Source: an uncultured bacterium (GTDB lineage Bacteria > JAGOEH01). From it: a stretch of DNA of 35,254 nucleotides. Numbering within the stretch: position 1 is the first letter of the stretch; each line of letters begins with the position of its first letter. This document shows, one piece after another, positions 18,535 to 29,254 of this stretch. Location: the NCBI GenBank assembly GCA_964632485.1, contig CAZWDO010000030.1:1-35254 (forward strand), written 5' to 3'. The notes under the pieces are model-generated. The model did not search any database, was not told the DNA's origin, and was given only the letters and a program-made list of their open reading frames with translations. The translations under genes and the position numbers were made by a program.

Positions 18535-21080
18535 TCACTTTCCCACCATCACAAACGCTCCCCAGTAAAATGGGATATCGCGTCCGTAACGTTTCAATAC
18601 GATCTGTCTTATTTCCTGCTGGGCATTTCGAAACGAGGAATATTTATCTTTCGTTTTCAACCAATTCTGATAAAACAACGTCATCAGTTCCTGGGTCTCT
18701 TGATCCGGAACCGACCACAAACTCATCATTACAGCCTCGGCGCCAGCAAATTGAAATGCCCGACGCAATCCGAATACGCCCTCGCCGGCTTGTATCTCTC
18801 CCAATCCGGTTTCACATGCGCTCAGTACAACCAATTCAGTTCCCCGCAAATCCAAGTTAGCAGCTTCATACGCTGTGAAGACTCCATCATCCATATCACT
18901 GGATGATATATCGTTATTCGCTCCAGAAAAATATAAACCACTCCGAAGCAACGGATTTTCAATATATACCGATTGCAATTGATCATGATTTAATCCTGCC
19001 ATAAATTTGGAATAGTCAATTTTTTGCTCCGGCATAAAAAAGCCATGGGTCGCCACATGCAATACTTTAGCAGACTTTACCGCCTTCATATTTTCCTCGA
19101 TTGCTTGAAGACCGGTATAAACTTGCACCGGAATGCGATTTGAACTCAGCAAATAGTGAATCGATTCAATTTCTCTTTGAGTGCCGGGTAAATCGCCGAG
19201 GGGGCTTCGCTTTAAATCATGTGAATAAATGGACCGGGTATCTGCGGCTAATTCGATGTCTCCACCATGGCGACTCTGACGAATGGCGTTTGTATCCGCC
19301 GAAAATCGCGGATCGCCGAACAATATCCAATAACGATTCATTTCGGCTGAAGGATCGGTTTTTAGTATATCTTTCGTGCTGGATACATAGCGTAGTTCAT
19401 GAACATCGTTGAGAAAGCGACCCTGTGGATTTACCAGGATGCCCAGCGCGATTTGATTCAGTAATCCGTCGGGAGAAACAAACACCCGCTTGCTATTCGA
19501 CAGATAAGATTCCAGGGGTTTCCAGATAAAATCGTAGGTGTGGCTGGCGGATTTGAAATCCTTATCGGTGCGTTGGTTGATTTGCAGTTTATATTCGGTA
19601 TCGATTAACCATTTGAGATCGGATTCCGTTCCCAGCGTTACCAGTAAAGGATGATCCTGAATTTGAGGCGTAATGATCAATGCGCAATAAAGCATGGAAT
19701 CCGGAGATTTTGGGAAAGCAATAAATTCAATTGCCGCCTCATCGGAATGCAAGTGATCGCGGATATTTTTCCATTGAACGGTTTGCAACTCTTTTTCAGC
19801 TCTGTAAGCGCTGGATATTCTGGATAGTTCCTTTTCCAGCTCATCGGATTCCTGTTCGAGGATTTGGAGCTGTTGCTTGTATAATTCGACATTGTCAATT
19901 GGATTTGAGTAGAGATACGCCAATTGTTCCCGTTTGGATTTGAGGCGATTTAATGTCTCAATAGCCGTCGAATCGCCGCTTTCCAGGATACTGCGAACCA
20001 TGGCGCTTTGGCTGGTGAGAATGATCCCTTTATGCCACAAAAGCAGGTTGTATAGTTTAGTAATAATGGATGGGTTGGTTTTGGAGTATTCATATGCAAA
20101 CAGATAGTAATTGTAAAAATAACCATTGACTGTTTTCAGAAAATCTTGTTTGCTTTTTTCTGATGAATACATAAAAAGACGTTCAAATTGATTAGATAAA
20201 TTTATCAAAACACGGTTAAATAGCGGTTCCGCTTCTACATATCGGCCTTGAATTCGGTATAACTCGGCTAGATTATTTAAACTTAATGCCACATCGGGAT
20301 GTTCGGAACCAAGTATTCTTTCTCTTATTTCCAATGATCGTTTATACATGGGTTCCGCTTCTTCGTAGCGGCCTTGATCGCAATATAGTAAAGCCAAATT
20401 ATTCAAACTTGTTGCCACATCCGGATGATTAGAACCAAGTATTCTTTCTCTTATTTCCAATGCTTGTTTATACATGGGTTCCGCTTCCGCGTAGCGGCCT
20501 TGGATTCGGTATGATTCGGCCAGATTATTTAAACATGTTGCCACATCTGGGTGGTCCGGACCCAATACTCTTTCAATAATTTCCAATGCTTGTTTATACA
20601 TGGGTTCCGCTTCTTCGTAGCGGCCTTGATCGCAATATAGTAAAGCNNNNNNNNNNNNNNNNNNNNNNNNNNNNNNNNNNNNNNNNNNNNNNNNNNNNNN
20701 NNNNNNNNNNNNNNNNNNNNNNNNNNNNNNNNNNNNNNNNNNNNNNGTTTATACATGGGTTCCGCTTCTTCGTAGCGGCCTTGATCGCAATATAGTAAAG
20801 CCAAATTATTCAAACTCAATGCCATAAACGAAGGATACTGATTTATTGATTTCTCAGAAATTTGTAACGCCCATTTATAGATTGATTCTGCCTCTATATA
20901 TTTATTTTGATCAGTATACATATTTGCCACACTATTTAGACTTTCAATTACATCAAAAATTTTCCCTTGAACTAATAGTTCTTCAACTTTCTCTCTGTAT
21001 AAATCCCGACATTCATCTTGAGCTATTACATTAATACTGAAGCTCAAAACAATCAAGATTGTAATTAATATTGATTTCAT
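18535..21080 (-). CDS. Exported TPR (kinesin-light-chain-type 42-aa repeats) plus CHAT caspase-like protease; one gene spanning the assembly gap
   Basis: Signal peptide MKSILITILIVLSFSINVIA; HPDVAxSLNNLAxLY..QGRYxEAEP repeats; CHAT dyad LHVATHGF and VLSACETG; FYWGAF terminus. The sequences on either side of the gap duplicate each other. Confidence 0.85.
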
Positions 21081-21184
21081 AATCTCTTCCTTTTAAAATG
21101 TTGATTTCGCACACATATTAAAAAAGTACATACTATCCATATCCAATAATATAATAATTACTCTCGCAATTCTGGCATTCATAC

Positions 21185-21643
21185 TTATTCTATTCTCAAG
21201 ACACACTTGACGGCGACACATTGAATTTGTGCATCGCCGAACGGAATCGTGTCGTTCCATTGAATCGAATCCCGGATTGTTGAAACGGCATTCCGGTATC
21301 GAGTGTAAATCTGGCTGGCGGGAGGCATCCAATCGCCCCGGTCGATCACGTTAGAATAATGAACATAGGGCATCAATCGGTCGATATTCCCGATATGGTC
21401 ATTATCGTAATGCGTTGTCAATACATAATCGAGAGTATCGATATTCAGCCGGTTCAAAAGCTGAAGGATGGTGTCCCGAGCGGCATTCGTATATCCGGCA
21501 TTGATCAGCATGGCGTAGGTATCGGCCTGAATCAGGATGGCATCGCCCTGGTCTACATTGATGGCGTGGATCGTGAGATTCTGGGCGTAAAGCGAAAATG
21601 AACCGACACCAAACATCATCAGAATTAATATGCCCCGGAACAT
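21185..21643 (-). pseudogene. ComEC/Rec2-like MBL-fold metallohydrolase, C-terminally truncated
   Basis: Signal peptide, INVDQGDAILI, THYDNDHIG (HxDxDH); ends after 152 aa without the second half of the fold. Confidence 0.7.
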
Positions 21644-21697
21644 AAAACCATCCTTTCAATCACGGCTTCGTAATATCGATTCCATAATATTCGATTC

Positions 21698-21715
21698 GGG
21701 GAGCTGCCGCTCCCC
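21698..21715 (-). other. GC-rich hairpin with a GGCA tetraloop (candidate DGR target cruciform)
   Basis: Minus strand GGGGAGC-GGCA-GCTCCCC, with no U tract on either strand; 57 nt past the FISUMP stop codon once the intron is removed. Confidence 0.5.
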
Positions 21716-21772
21716 AAACCTCTCGCTTAAAAATTCAAATAGACAAATTGATAAATAGTCAAATAATCGCCA

Positions 21773-23696
21773 GTCGAGTAGGCAAAGGCATTTCAGCCTA
21801 AGCCTCTCACAGAACCGTACGTGATAGTCTCCCATCATACGGCTCTTCCAGACAAACTCAGCCAGTAAAGCCATAACTCCAATGCACAAATGTATCCGGA
21901 TAATATTTTACCATGCGTTTCATCCATCTATACGATTTTGAATAGGTCTTCAACTTGTACTTGTTTCTTGCCCATTTCGCTATCCTGATGTTTAACAACC
22001 GAAATACTCTTTGCAGTTCTGATATCCGATGCTTTCCATAATAATTTATCCAGCCTCGTATCTTCGCTGACAGGGCTTTTGCTATGTCCTGAAGACTATG
22101 CTTTACCCATCTCTGGATTGTTAATTCCCTGAGTTCTTTAAGTATCCGTTCTTCACTCTTCTTGCTTATTGCCGGTCGATAACCCCAGAACTTCTCTCCA
22201 TCTGATTTTAAACATATCCTCGGTTTAAAGGTGTATCCAAGAAAATCAAATGCCACTGGGATTCTCTTGTCCTCCTTGTAATACCTCGCTGTCCGATAGC
22301 AATATACTATCTTTGTCTTTTCCGGATGGACTTCTAATGAGTAATTTTTCAACCGCTGCTTCACTTTTTCCAATATGAAGTTCGATTGTTTTATACTCCG
22401 TGTGTGAATGACTATGTCATCCGCATACCGTTCAAATACTATCAGTGGCTGGGTCGTTGTTATCCATTGGTCAAAGGCTTCATCCAAATAAAGATTGGCT
22501 AACAACGGACTTATTACGCCTCCTTGTGGAGTGCCTTTTTCTCTCTTCTCCTTTGTGCCATTCCTTCTCTGTATCGGCGCTTTTAACCATCTCTCGCAAT
22601 ATAGCAATATGTGGCGCTTACTGGTGTACTTCCGCAATATCTTCATCATCTGTTCATGGTTTATGTTGTCAAAGAATCCTTTGATATCTAAATCTACTAC
22701 ATACCACCTCTCCCAACTGTACTTCGCACATTGTTCCAACGCCTGATGGGCGCTTTTTCCCGGGCGATAACCAAATGAACTGCCATGAAAGTAAGGTTCT
22801 ACTCTCTGCTCTAATTCTTCTCTGATTACTTCCTGCGCGACTCTGTCTAAGATTGTTGGTATGCCCAATATCCTTTCTTTGCCGTTTCCTTTGGGGATGG
22901 TCACCTCTTTCACCGCTGGCGGATAATAACTGCCGCCGGCTAATCGATTCCACAAAGGATACAAGTATTTGCGTGGATTCGTTGCTATTTCCTCCATCCC
23001 TATTTCATCTACTCCCCTCCCTTTTCCGCCTTGCTTTATCTTCTTCCACGCTTTCCATACCTGCGCTTTACTTACTGTCTGCGTTTTCGTATCTAACTCC
23101 TCAATCATCCTCTGTTTAAGTTGTTGCTCTTGTTAAACACTGTCCGGTGAAGCCCTTCGCTCCATTCTCATTACAAGAACTTCTTCACTACTACGGCTTC
23201 ATCCGCCACTCGCTAATGCCTCTCTACTTTTGACCTCACAGTTTCTCTGCTTGTGTCTTTTCGTTTTACATCATCAGCGAGCTTCCCCAGTTCCATATAC
23301 AAGCCTTTATGCAATTCCTGCTGTCTTTATGCCGAGCGTCAACACAGTCAGTTTCTCTTCCAGGTCACTTCTGTGCTTTTCCCAAAATAGACTGAGTTAT
23401 TTTGGTTTCTAACGCCGTCTATGTCAATTTCGACACCTCTGCGACAGTTCACTTGCGTTCAGCTCTTGCATAATTACCTGAAATGCTTCTTTCAGCATTC
23501 CTTTTCCCTGTCCGCTCAATACCTCTGTCTTTGGACAAAAGCACCGCAGGGCGGTTTGGCAGATTCTCCTGGTAACTCCTGCCGGTGGGTCAGTTCTGCA
23601 AACCCTTCTGTTTACAGTCCACTATCTTGTATTATAGTTCACACATCTGATTTATTAGTAGTGTGCCTCTACTATCATTTGTGTTTCTGGGCGCAC
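21773..23696 (-). mobile_element. Complete group II intron (IIB-like, class D-type RT, no En domain), 1924 bp
   Basis: 5' end GTGCG at 23696; domain V GAGCCGTATGATGGGAGACTATCACGTACGGTTC; domain VI ending CCTACTCGAC at 21773; EBS1 stem-loop at 23382-23405. Confidence 0.93.
21858..23108 (-). CDS. ltrA: Group II intron reverse transcriptase/maturase
   Basis: GVD, LWNRLAGGSYYPPAV, IPKGNGKERILGIPTILDRVAQ, GYRPGKSA, DLDIKGFFD, GTPQGGVISPLLAN, RYADD, FDFLGYTF, maturase IRGWINYY; no HNH domain. Confidence 0.95.
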   Translation of the reverse strand: MIEELDTKTQTVSKAQVWKAWKKIKQGGKGRGVDEIGMEEIATNPRKYLYPLWNRLAGGSYYPPAVKEVTIPKGNGKERILGIPTILDRVAQEVIREELEQRVEPYFHGSSFGYRPGKSAHQALEQCAKYSWERWYVVDLDIKGFFDNINHEQMMKILRKYTSKRHILLYCERWLKAPIQRRNGTKEKREKGTPQGGVISPLLANLYLDEAFDQWITTTQPLIVFERYADDIVIHTRSIKQSNFILEKVKQRLKNYSLEVHPEKTKIVYCYRTARYYKEDKRIPVAFDFLGYTFKPRICLKSDGEKFWGYRPAISKKSEERILKELRELTIQRWVKHSLQDIAKALSAKIRGWINYYGKHRISELQRVFRLLNIRIAKWARNKYKLKTYSKSYRWMKRMVKYYPDTFVHWSYGFTG

Positions 23697-24788
23697 TCAG
23701 TCCTTGACGCAACGAACAGAGAACCCGTACCGGTAGCCGTAAATGCTTAGAACGGCGTAGTGGCCATAGCTGGATAAATATAGATACCACGCATTGTAGT
23801 CAGGATATGGCGTTGCTGCCCAAAACCGAGCATAGCCAGAAATACCATAGAAATAACCACCGTGGGTGCGGCAACCCCCTAACAGCGCATTGAATCCCGA
23901 TGAGCCGCCATCAATCAGGGCGTTATAACGGTCTCTATTATTTGTCCCAACCGCATCCAGCAATTCCTGAAACTCTTCCTCGGTGGGTACATGGAAGCCT
24001 TCCGGAGCGATATTTCGAGAGTCCGTCACCGCGTACCAATTGTATAAATTTCCATACATCTGTGCATTGGCTTCACTATTATTATATGCGCACAATGCTC
24101 CGGTAGCCAAACCCTTCCAGTCAGCTTTATCTGTTACATTCGGGATTGGATCGCCATTTCGATAATGTGTTACCTTTAAATTTTCAGCCATCCATAGCTG
24201 ATTACCAATCATTACAACTGAGTACACATTACCATCAATATCAGTTACCGTAGTTGGCCACGATTCTGTTGTAAAGATCATATCATCACTATTTGTCATA
24301 CCGCCAGAATTAGTGGCTTTTACTCGGTAATGATACGTCGTGTTATGCGTCAATCCCGATAAACCCACCGAAACCGCAACTTCATTCGCGCCATTGGCAA
24401 CCGGGCTTTGGCTGGCATTGATCACCGTCCCGTATTCCGTCGTCACCCCGTATTCGAATACTACTATTGTTATGCCACCATTGTTTGGATTGACCGTCCC
24501 GTTCAGGGTCGCATGCGTTTGGGTTATATTTGTCGCCGCCAGGGTCGATACCACCGGATACGATGCAAACTGGATGCTGTCAATATCGCCCGCATTATAA
24601 TCCACAGTCGATAAATCGGTCTTATGTACTCGAATCGTGTTGGTCGTGGGATAGGTTACTTCAGTGAAATCATCGAAATAGTTAACAACCTTAGTCCCAT
24701 CGGTTTTGAAAATCACTATCGATTTGGCCGCCAGAATGCCCAGCATCGCCAATACCAACGCCATCAACCATATAAGGGTTCTACTCAT
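23697..24788 (-). CDS. Exported protein with an FN3-like domain and a C-terminal FISUMP (Fibrobacter succinogenes major paralogous) domain
   Basis: AGGAGG RBS; signal peptide; ATLNGTVNP..FEYG..YHYRVKATN; DIDGNVY..VMIGNQLWMAENL, YGNLYNWYAV, PEGFHVPT, GFSVRCVKD*. Confidence 0.9.
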   Translation of the reverse strand: MSRTLIWLMALVLAMLGILAAKSIVIFKTDGTKVVNYFDDFTEVTYPTTNTIRVHKTDLSTVDYNAGDIDSIQFASYPVVSTLAATNITQTHATLNGTVNPNNGGITIVVFEYGVTTEYGTVINASQSPVANGANEVAVSVGLSGLTHNTTYHYRVKATNSGGMTNSDDMIFTTESWPTTVTDIDGNVYSVVMIGNQLWMAENLKVTHYRNGDPIPNVTDKADWKGLATGALCAYNNSEANAQMYGNLYNWYAVTDSRNIAPEGFHVPTEEEFQELLDAVGTNNRDRYNALIDGGSSGFNALLGGCRTHGGYFYGISGYARFWAATPYPDYNAWYLYLSSYGHYAVLSIYGYRYGFSVRCVKD

Positions 24789-25032
24789 AAATCCTCCTGA
24801 AAAATGAAATGATGTTATTGTATAAAAATATCAAATACTCATTAGTATTAATAGTATCAATTATAAATTGGATATAATACAAAAAAAATGTCGTAGTTTC
24901 CGCGTTTAACTCAAGATTCCCTGAATACCTCGCCGCCCCCATGCTTCCTCCCGTAAACCGTCCAAAGTCCACTACCGTTGGTCATTCACATTCCTTTCCC
25001 TTACGTTTTTCTCCACAGGCCACATTATTTTC

Positions 25033-25061
25033 ATTATAATATTAGAATTTCAAATTGTCAA
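25033..25061 (-). promoter_or_regulatory. Perfect-consensus sigma70 promoter pointing towards the FISUMP gene
   Basis: Minus strand TTGACA-N17-TATAAT, about 245 nt upstream of 24788. Confidence 0.7.
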
Positions 25062-25234
25062 GCAAAAAAAAGTATCTCAAAAAAAATGGCAGAGAGAGAC
25101 ATTTCATCCCCCCACCTATCCATTGCATCCCCTTTCTTCTACGCCGCGACCCACAGCCATCTGAGTTCCGTAACCTTCGCCGGTTCATGGCGGGTGTCGA
25201 TCTCGTAGCCCCAGTCCTCATCTCGAGCGCAATC

Positions 25235-25420
25235 CTACTCGAACAATAACCGCACTACCTGACCCGGCGCCATCAGCTCCTTTACGATCTCCGGCAGCAG
25301 GGTTTGGGCGAAATGCCTGGCGTAATAATCATCCATCGTTATCCAGCCATCTTCATAAAGATAAAACAGGGCATGGCATTCCGCCCGATCGAATTTCATC
25401 CCGGGATCAAGCCGCCGCCT
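25235..25420 (-). pseudogene. Fragment of an unknown protein (…LLPEIVKELMAPGQVV…), paralogous to a fragment near 33037-33072
   Basis: 32/36 nt identity with 33037-33072, with mostly synonymous differences. Confidence 0.35.
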
Positions 25421-26034
25421 ATAAATCCAGCATCCGATTCCACTTTTCCAGCTTCTCCGGCTGGTCCGCCAGGGTTTCTCCATTGCGTTTGTAAACCTCA
25501 TGGCCGCGCAGGAAATAGAGCGCGCAGCGGTCGATAAACAAACGGAGTCGCGCCCAGATACCGTTGATGTTAAATTCCCCTTCCGCTAAGGCGATCAGAT
25601 AAATGGAAAACTGAATATCATTGGTTACAGCCACCGTATCCGGTTTCATTTTGCCGGATTTAAAATCAACCAGAACTTTCTCGCCGGATTCGAGTTGACG
25701 TACCTGGTCAATGACGCCTTCATACATAATGCCGCCGATCTTCACCCGAAAGGGCGCTTCGGACAAAATCGCCGTACAGTTCCGGTTGTAGAGCTTATTC
25801 CGGTAATTGGCGATGATCTCATGGGCGTTGGCGGCATAATCTGAAATTTCCTTGTCGCGGTCTTCCCATTTGACGGGTATCTGATGGTCGCGTCCCTGGT
25901 ATATGGAAACTAATAATCTGGGTCTCGTTAAAGTCATAACTGAAACGTTCGATGCCACGCCATGCACATTCTGGAAAGATCGATCCGAAGAGATTTACAT
26001 TACGCGGGAAGAAATCGGCCGGGCATTGGGGCAT
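25419..26034 (-). pseudogene. RecB/AddB-like PD-(D/E)XK nuclease (PDDEXK_1) remnant
   Basis: QCP at the N-terminus in another frame; SEAPF, EGVIDQV, LVDFKSG, QFSIY; C-terminus lost. Confidence 0.7.
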
Positions 26035-26101
26035 ATCCTAAGCTGACACTCTATACTACTAAATCATTACTCTTCATATTCTATTATCTACCTATGCGGA
26101 A

Positions 26102-29100
26102 TTATAATTCAAATTCTATAATACTCTGGGTTCCATTTTTATTTACAATATGATATGTACCTTTTTGCTGTTCAACAAGCATTTTAATGATAGTAAGGCC
26201 AAACCCGGGGGATTTATTTTCTACAATTCGTTCATTGATTCCAATACCATTATCATTTACAATCAGTGTGATTTTATTTTCAATTTTTTCAATAGAGATA
26301 GATACTGAACCATTGCTGCGACCTTTAAACGCATATTTGAAAACATTGGTCAGAAGCTCATTTATAATAATACCGATATGAACTATTGATTTTGCATTAA
26401 GATTAAAATCCATAATCTGTTTTTCAATTGCAACATTTTCACTTTCAGGAAATACGGCAACAATCGCATCAATAAGACTTTCGGTGTAGGCTTTAACGGA
26501 GACATCCTGATAATCTTTACCTATCAATAATTTGTCATAAAGGATTCGCAGGCCTTGAACTCGTGTAATCGCATTCTGAAGCGCGGAAATAGCCTCTGGA
26601 TTGCGGATAGATTGCAATTGCATTGATAATAAGCTTTCAATAGAGACGATATTGTTTTTAACACGATGGTGGACTTCTTTGAGGAGAGTTTCTTTTTCGA
26701 TCAGTTGTTTCTCAATTTTTTTCTCCGATCGTTTGCGCTCGCTAATGTCTATATAGGCTCCAATAGCGCCACGAACTCGACCGGTATCCTCATACAGCGG
26801 TACAGCGTTTCCCAAGGCATAAATCCGGTGGCCATCCGGGAGTTCATAGGTCAACTCCTTATTTAGTACAGGTTGTCCGGTGGCGATCGCTTGCTGCATT
26901 GGAAGTTGATCCGCGCAGAGTTCCCGTCCAACGCTGTCTAAGTGTTTGATTTTGAAAGACAAATCTTTATCCACAACAGACTGTGATAGATTGGCGCCGG
27001 AGGGAACGCCAAACAGCTCGGTGACGGCTCGATTGCCAATGATATGACGACATTCAGAATCAAGAGAAATCCAAGTCATTACCGGAAGGGCGTCAAGCAA
27101 TGTGGAAAGCTCTTCATTTTTACGGCGCAGCGTCTCATCGGCTCGCTTTTGTTCTGTAATATCAATAAAACTTATGATTATTTCTGAAATTTCATCATCC
27201 TTGATTGTTGGAAATCCATTGACCATTAACCATATAACGTCGTTTAACTTTCGACAGACGCCTATAATCTGATTTCTTATTGCTTTTTTACTATTGATAA
27301 TCCGCATAACCGGATAATCATTGAGCGCTAATTTCGCATTGTCTTCATTAATAAACTTCCAATATGGATCTATTGCCACTTTTCCATTCATCTGTTCTGT
27401 ACTCAACCCTAATAATTCAGATGAACGAGTATTACACAAAATTATTGAAGTATCCTTGGCATGAACAACAACGCCTGCTTCGAGATTAGTTAATAATCTG
27501 CGATACCTCTCTTCGCTTTCTTCGGCTTTTTCTTTGGAAATTCTTAATTTATCCTCCATTTTTTTTCTATCATTAATATCAATATGAACACCGACAGCCC
27601 GATTCGGTTTTCCAGATTCACCATTATAATAACTTTTCCCTTTTCCTAATATCCATTTGAAAGAACCGTCTTTACATTTCAGACGGAATTCAACTTCATA
27701 AGGTTTGCCAGCTTCAATACTATTCTGAACTATTGGCATAACAATATTGGTGTCATCTTTGTGAATAAGCTTCATAAAGGTATCAAGATTCATCGGTAGT
27801 TCTTTGTCGAAGTATCCAAGCATGGTATAATAAGATGGGCTAAAATACGTATTATTAGTGATGAGATTCCAATCCCAAAATCCATGATCCCCTGCATCAA
27901 TGGCCAGTTCCAAGCGGATTTTAGTTTCTTCAATTATTTCATTTACTTTAAAAAGTTCATTATTCGTTTGATTTAGCTCTTCGTTAATTTGCGCGAATTC
28001 TTCATTTTGAGCTTCAAATTTTACACTTTTTTCCTGAAGTAAAATTTCAGCGCGCTTGCGCTCAGTAATATCGTGGTAATTTCCCAAAATCCCTTGTATA
28101 TATTGATCGTGCAAAAGATTTATTACACTAATTTCTATCCATACATATTCTCCATCTTTACGCTTGTACAACAGTTCGGTTGTTCCGGTAGCGTTGGGTT
28201 CAGTTAAGATTACGCGAAAAAAATCCCAAGCATCTTCCAAACAGTTCGGGTGAAGATTATCCCAGACGCTTTTGCCAATAAGTTCTTCGGGTGTCCAACC
28301 GAACAATTTGGTAATATTCGGACTTTTATATTTTATTATTCCATTTGGGTCGATAATGACTATTACATCGCCAATATTTGAAACCATTGCATTTTTTATT
28401 GCTTCGCTCTTCCGTAGCGCTTGCTCTGCCTGCTTGCGTTCGGTGATGTCGTCCTGCAAGCCCCATATTCGCAGCAACTCACCATCCTTTATCTCGCCGT
28501 AAAAGTTTTCGATCAGGAAAACAACGTTCCCATCTTTGTCCAGATCGCGAGTCTCCATTTTTTTCACGCTATTGCGCTCCGCGTCAAGCACGAACGATGC
28601 CCTGACGCCGTAATCCGGGGAAAAATCGGTAGCCGGCCTGCCAACCATCTCTTCCGGCCGCAGGCCATACATGGATGAGAGCGCTTCGTTGACTTCCGAC
28701 AAGACCGCCCGCTTGTTTATTGCTTCGATGAGCTCTTCCCGGGGAAGGGAGATGGGTACCGGGGGCGCTATATCGACGCGGTATATCCCCTCGCTGGAAT
28801 GGGTCACCAGATCTCGGATACGCTCTTCGCTCTGACGCAGAGATTCTTCTTTCTTTTGCTCCTTTAACTTTGAATCAAATAGCTTTAAAGCCATTTTAAT
28901 CGACGCATTAAGAACAACAATTCCGCTATTCTTTACGACATACCCATACGATGTAATCTTTTCTGTCTTTTCCACCACCTCCGGTTCGGTATGAGATGAC
29001 AAAAATACTATTGGAATATCTTTATGATTTAGTATTTTTTCGGCAGCTTGTGTGCCATCGATACCGAGACCAAGGTCGATATCCATTAGAATTACAGCAA

Positions 29101-29254
29101 AAGAGGCGCTATTGTTCAACGCTTGCTGAATGGCTTCTTCGCCATTTGATACATGCTGAACAGAATAACCCATATTCTCCAATTGCCGCTTTTCAAGCAT
29201 TGCGATTAAAGGTTCATCTTCAACCAGAAGGATTTTTCTTTTATTTATATCCAT
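26102..29254 (-). CDS. Hybrid REC-multi-PAS-HisKA_2 histidine kinase
   Basis: ILLVEDE, LMDIDL, FLSS, YVVK (REC); five PAS/PAC units with DITERK-type linkers; LKEVHHRVKNN, INELLTNVFKYAF, DNGIG, GFGL. Confidence 0.93.
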   Translation of the reverse strand: MDINKRKILLVEDEPLIAMLEKRQLENMGYSVQHVSNGEEAIQQALNNSASFAVILMDIDLGLGIDGTQAAEKILNHKDIPIVFLSSHTEPEVVEKTEKITSYGYVVKNSGIVVLNASIKMALKLFDSKLKEQKKEESLRQSEERIRDLVTHSSEGIYRVDIAPPVPISLPREELIEAINKRAVLSEVNEALSSMYGLRPEEMVGRPATDFSPDYGVRASFVLDAERNSVKKMETRDLDKDGNVVFLIENFYGEIKDGELLRIWGLQDDITERKQAEQALRKSEAIKNAMVSNIGDVIVIIDPNGIIKYKSPNITKLFGWTPEELIGKSVWDNLHPNCLEDAWDFFRVILTEPNATGTTELLYKRKDGEYVWIEISVINLLHDQYIQGILGNYHDITERKRAEILLQEKSVKFEAQNEEFAQINEELNQTNNELFKVNEIIEETKIRLELAIDAGDHGFWDWNLITNNTYFSPSYYTMLGYFDKELPMNLDTFMKLIHKDDTNIVMPIVQNSIEAGKPYEVEFRLKCKDGSFKWILGKGKSYYNGESGKPNRAVGVHIDINDRKKMEDKLRISKEKAEESEERYRRLLTNLEAGVVVHAKDTSIILCNTRSSELLGLSTEQMNGKVAIDPYWKFINEDNAKLALNDYPVMRIINSKKAIRNQIIGVCRKLNDVIWLMVNGFPTIKDDEISEIIISFIDITEQKRADETLRRKNEELSTLLDALPVMTWISLDSECRHIIGNRAVTELFGVPSGANLSQSVVDKDLSFKIKHLDSVGRELCADQLPMQQAIATGQPVLNKELTYELPDGHRIYALGNAVPLYEDTGRVRGAIGAYIDISERKRSEKKIEKQLIEKETLLKEVHHRVKNNIVSIESLLSMQLQSIRNPEAISALQNAITRVQGLRILYDKLLIGKDYQDVSVKAYTESLIDAIVAVFPESENVAIEKQIMDFNLNAKSIVHIGIIINELLTNVFKYAFKGRSNGSVSISIEKIENKITLIVNDNGIGINERIVENKSPGFGLTIIKMLVEQQKGTYHIVNKNGTQSIIEFEL

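Noticed and set aside
20529-20801. Real frameshift splitting the TPR-CHAT gene
   Set aside because: The break coincides with a 100-N gap whose flanks duplicate each other (collapsed repeats).
18535-21080. Craspase (Csx29-type) CRISPR-associated protease
   Set aside because: No type III-E effector or array nearby, and the protein has a signal peptide.
21656-21889. 77-aa ORF after the RT
   Set aside because: It is a translation of intron domains V-VI and the 3' exon.
21858-23108. RT as a DGR, retron or defence-associated RT
   Set aside because: It has group II intron RT and maturase motifs and lies within complete intron RNA boundaries (GTGCG, domains V and VI).
21650-25100. A complete DGR cassette in the window
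   Set aside because: I found no second, adenine-rich copy of the FISUMP 3' end and no avd-like gene; only a possible remote target is supported.
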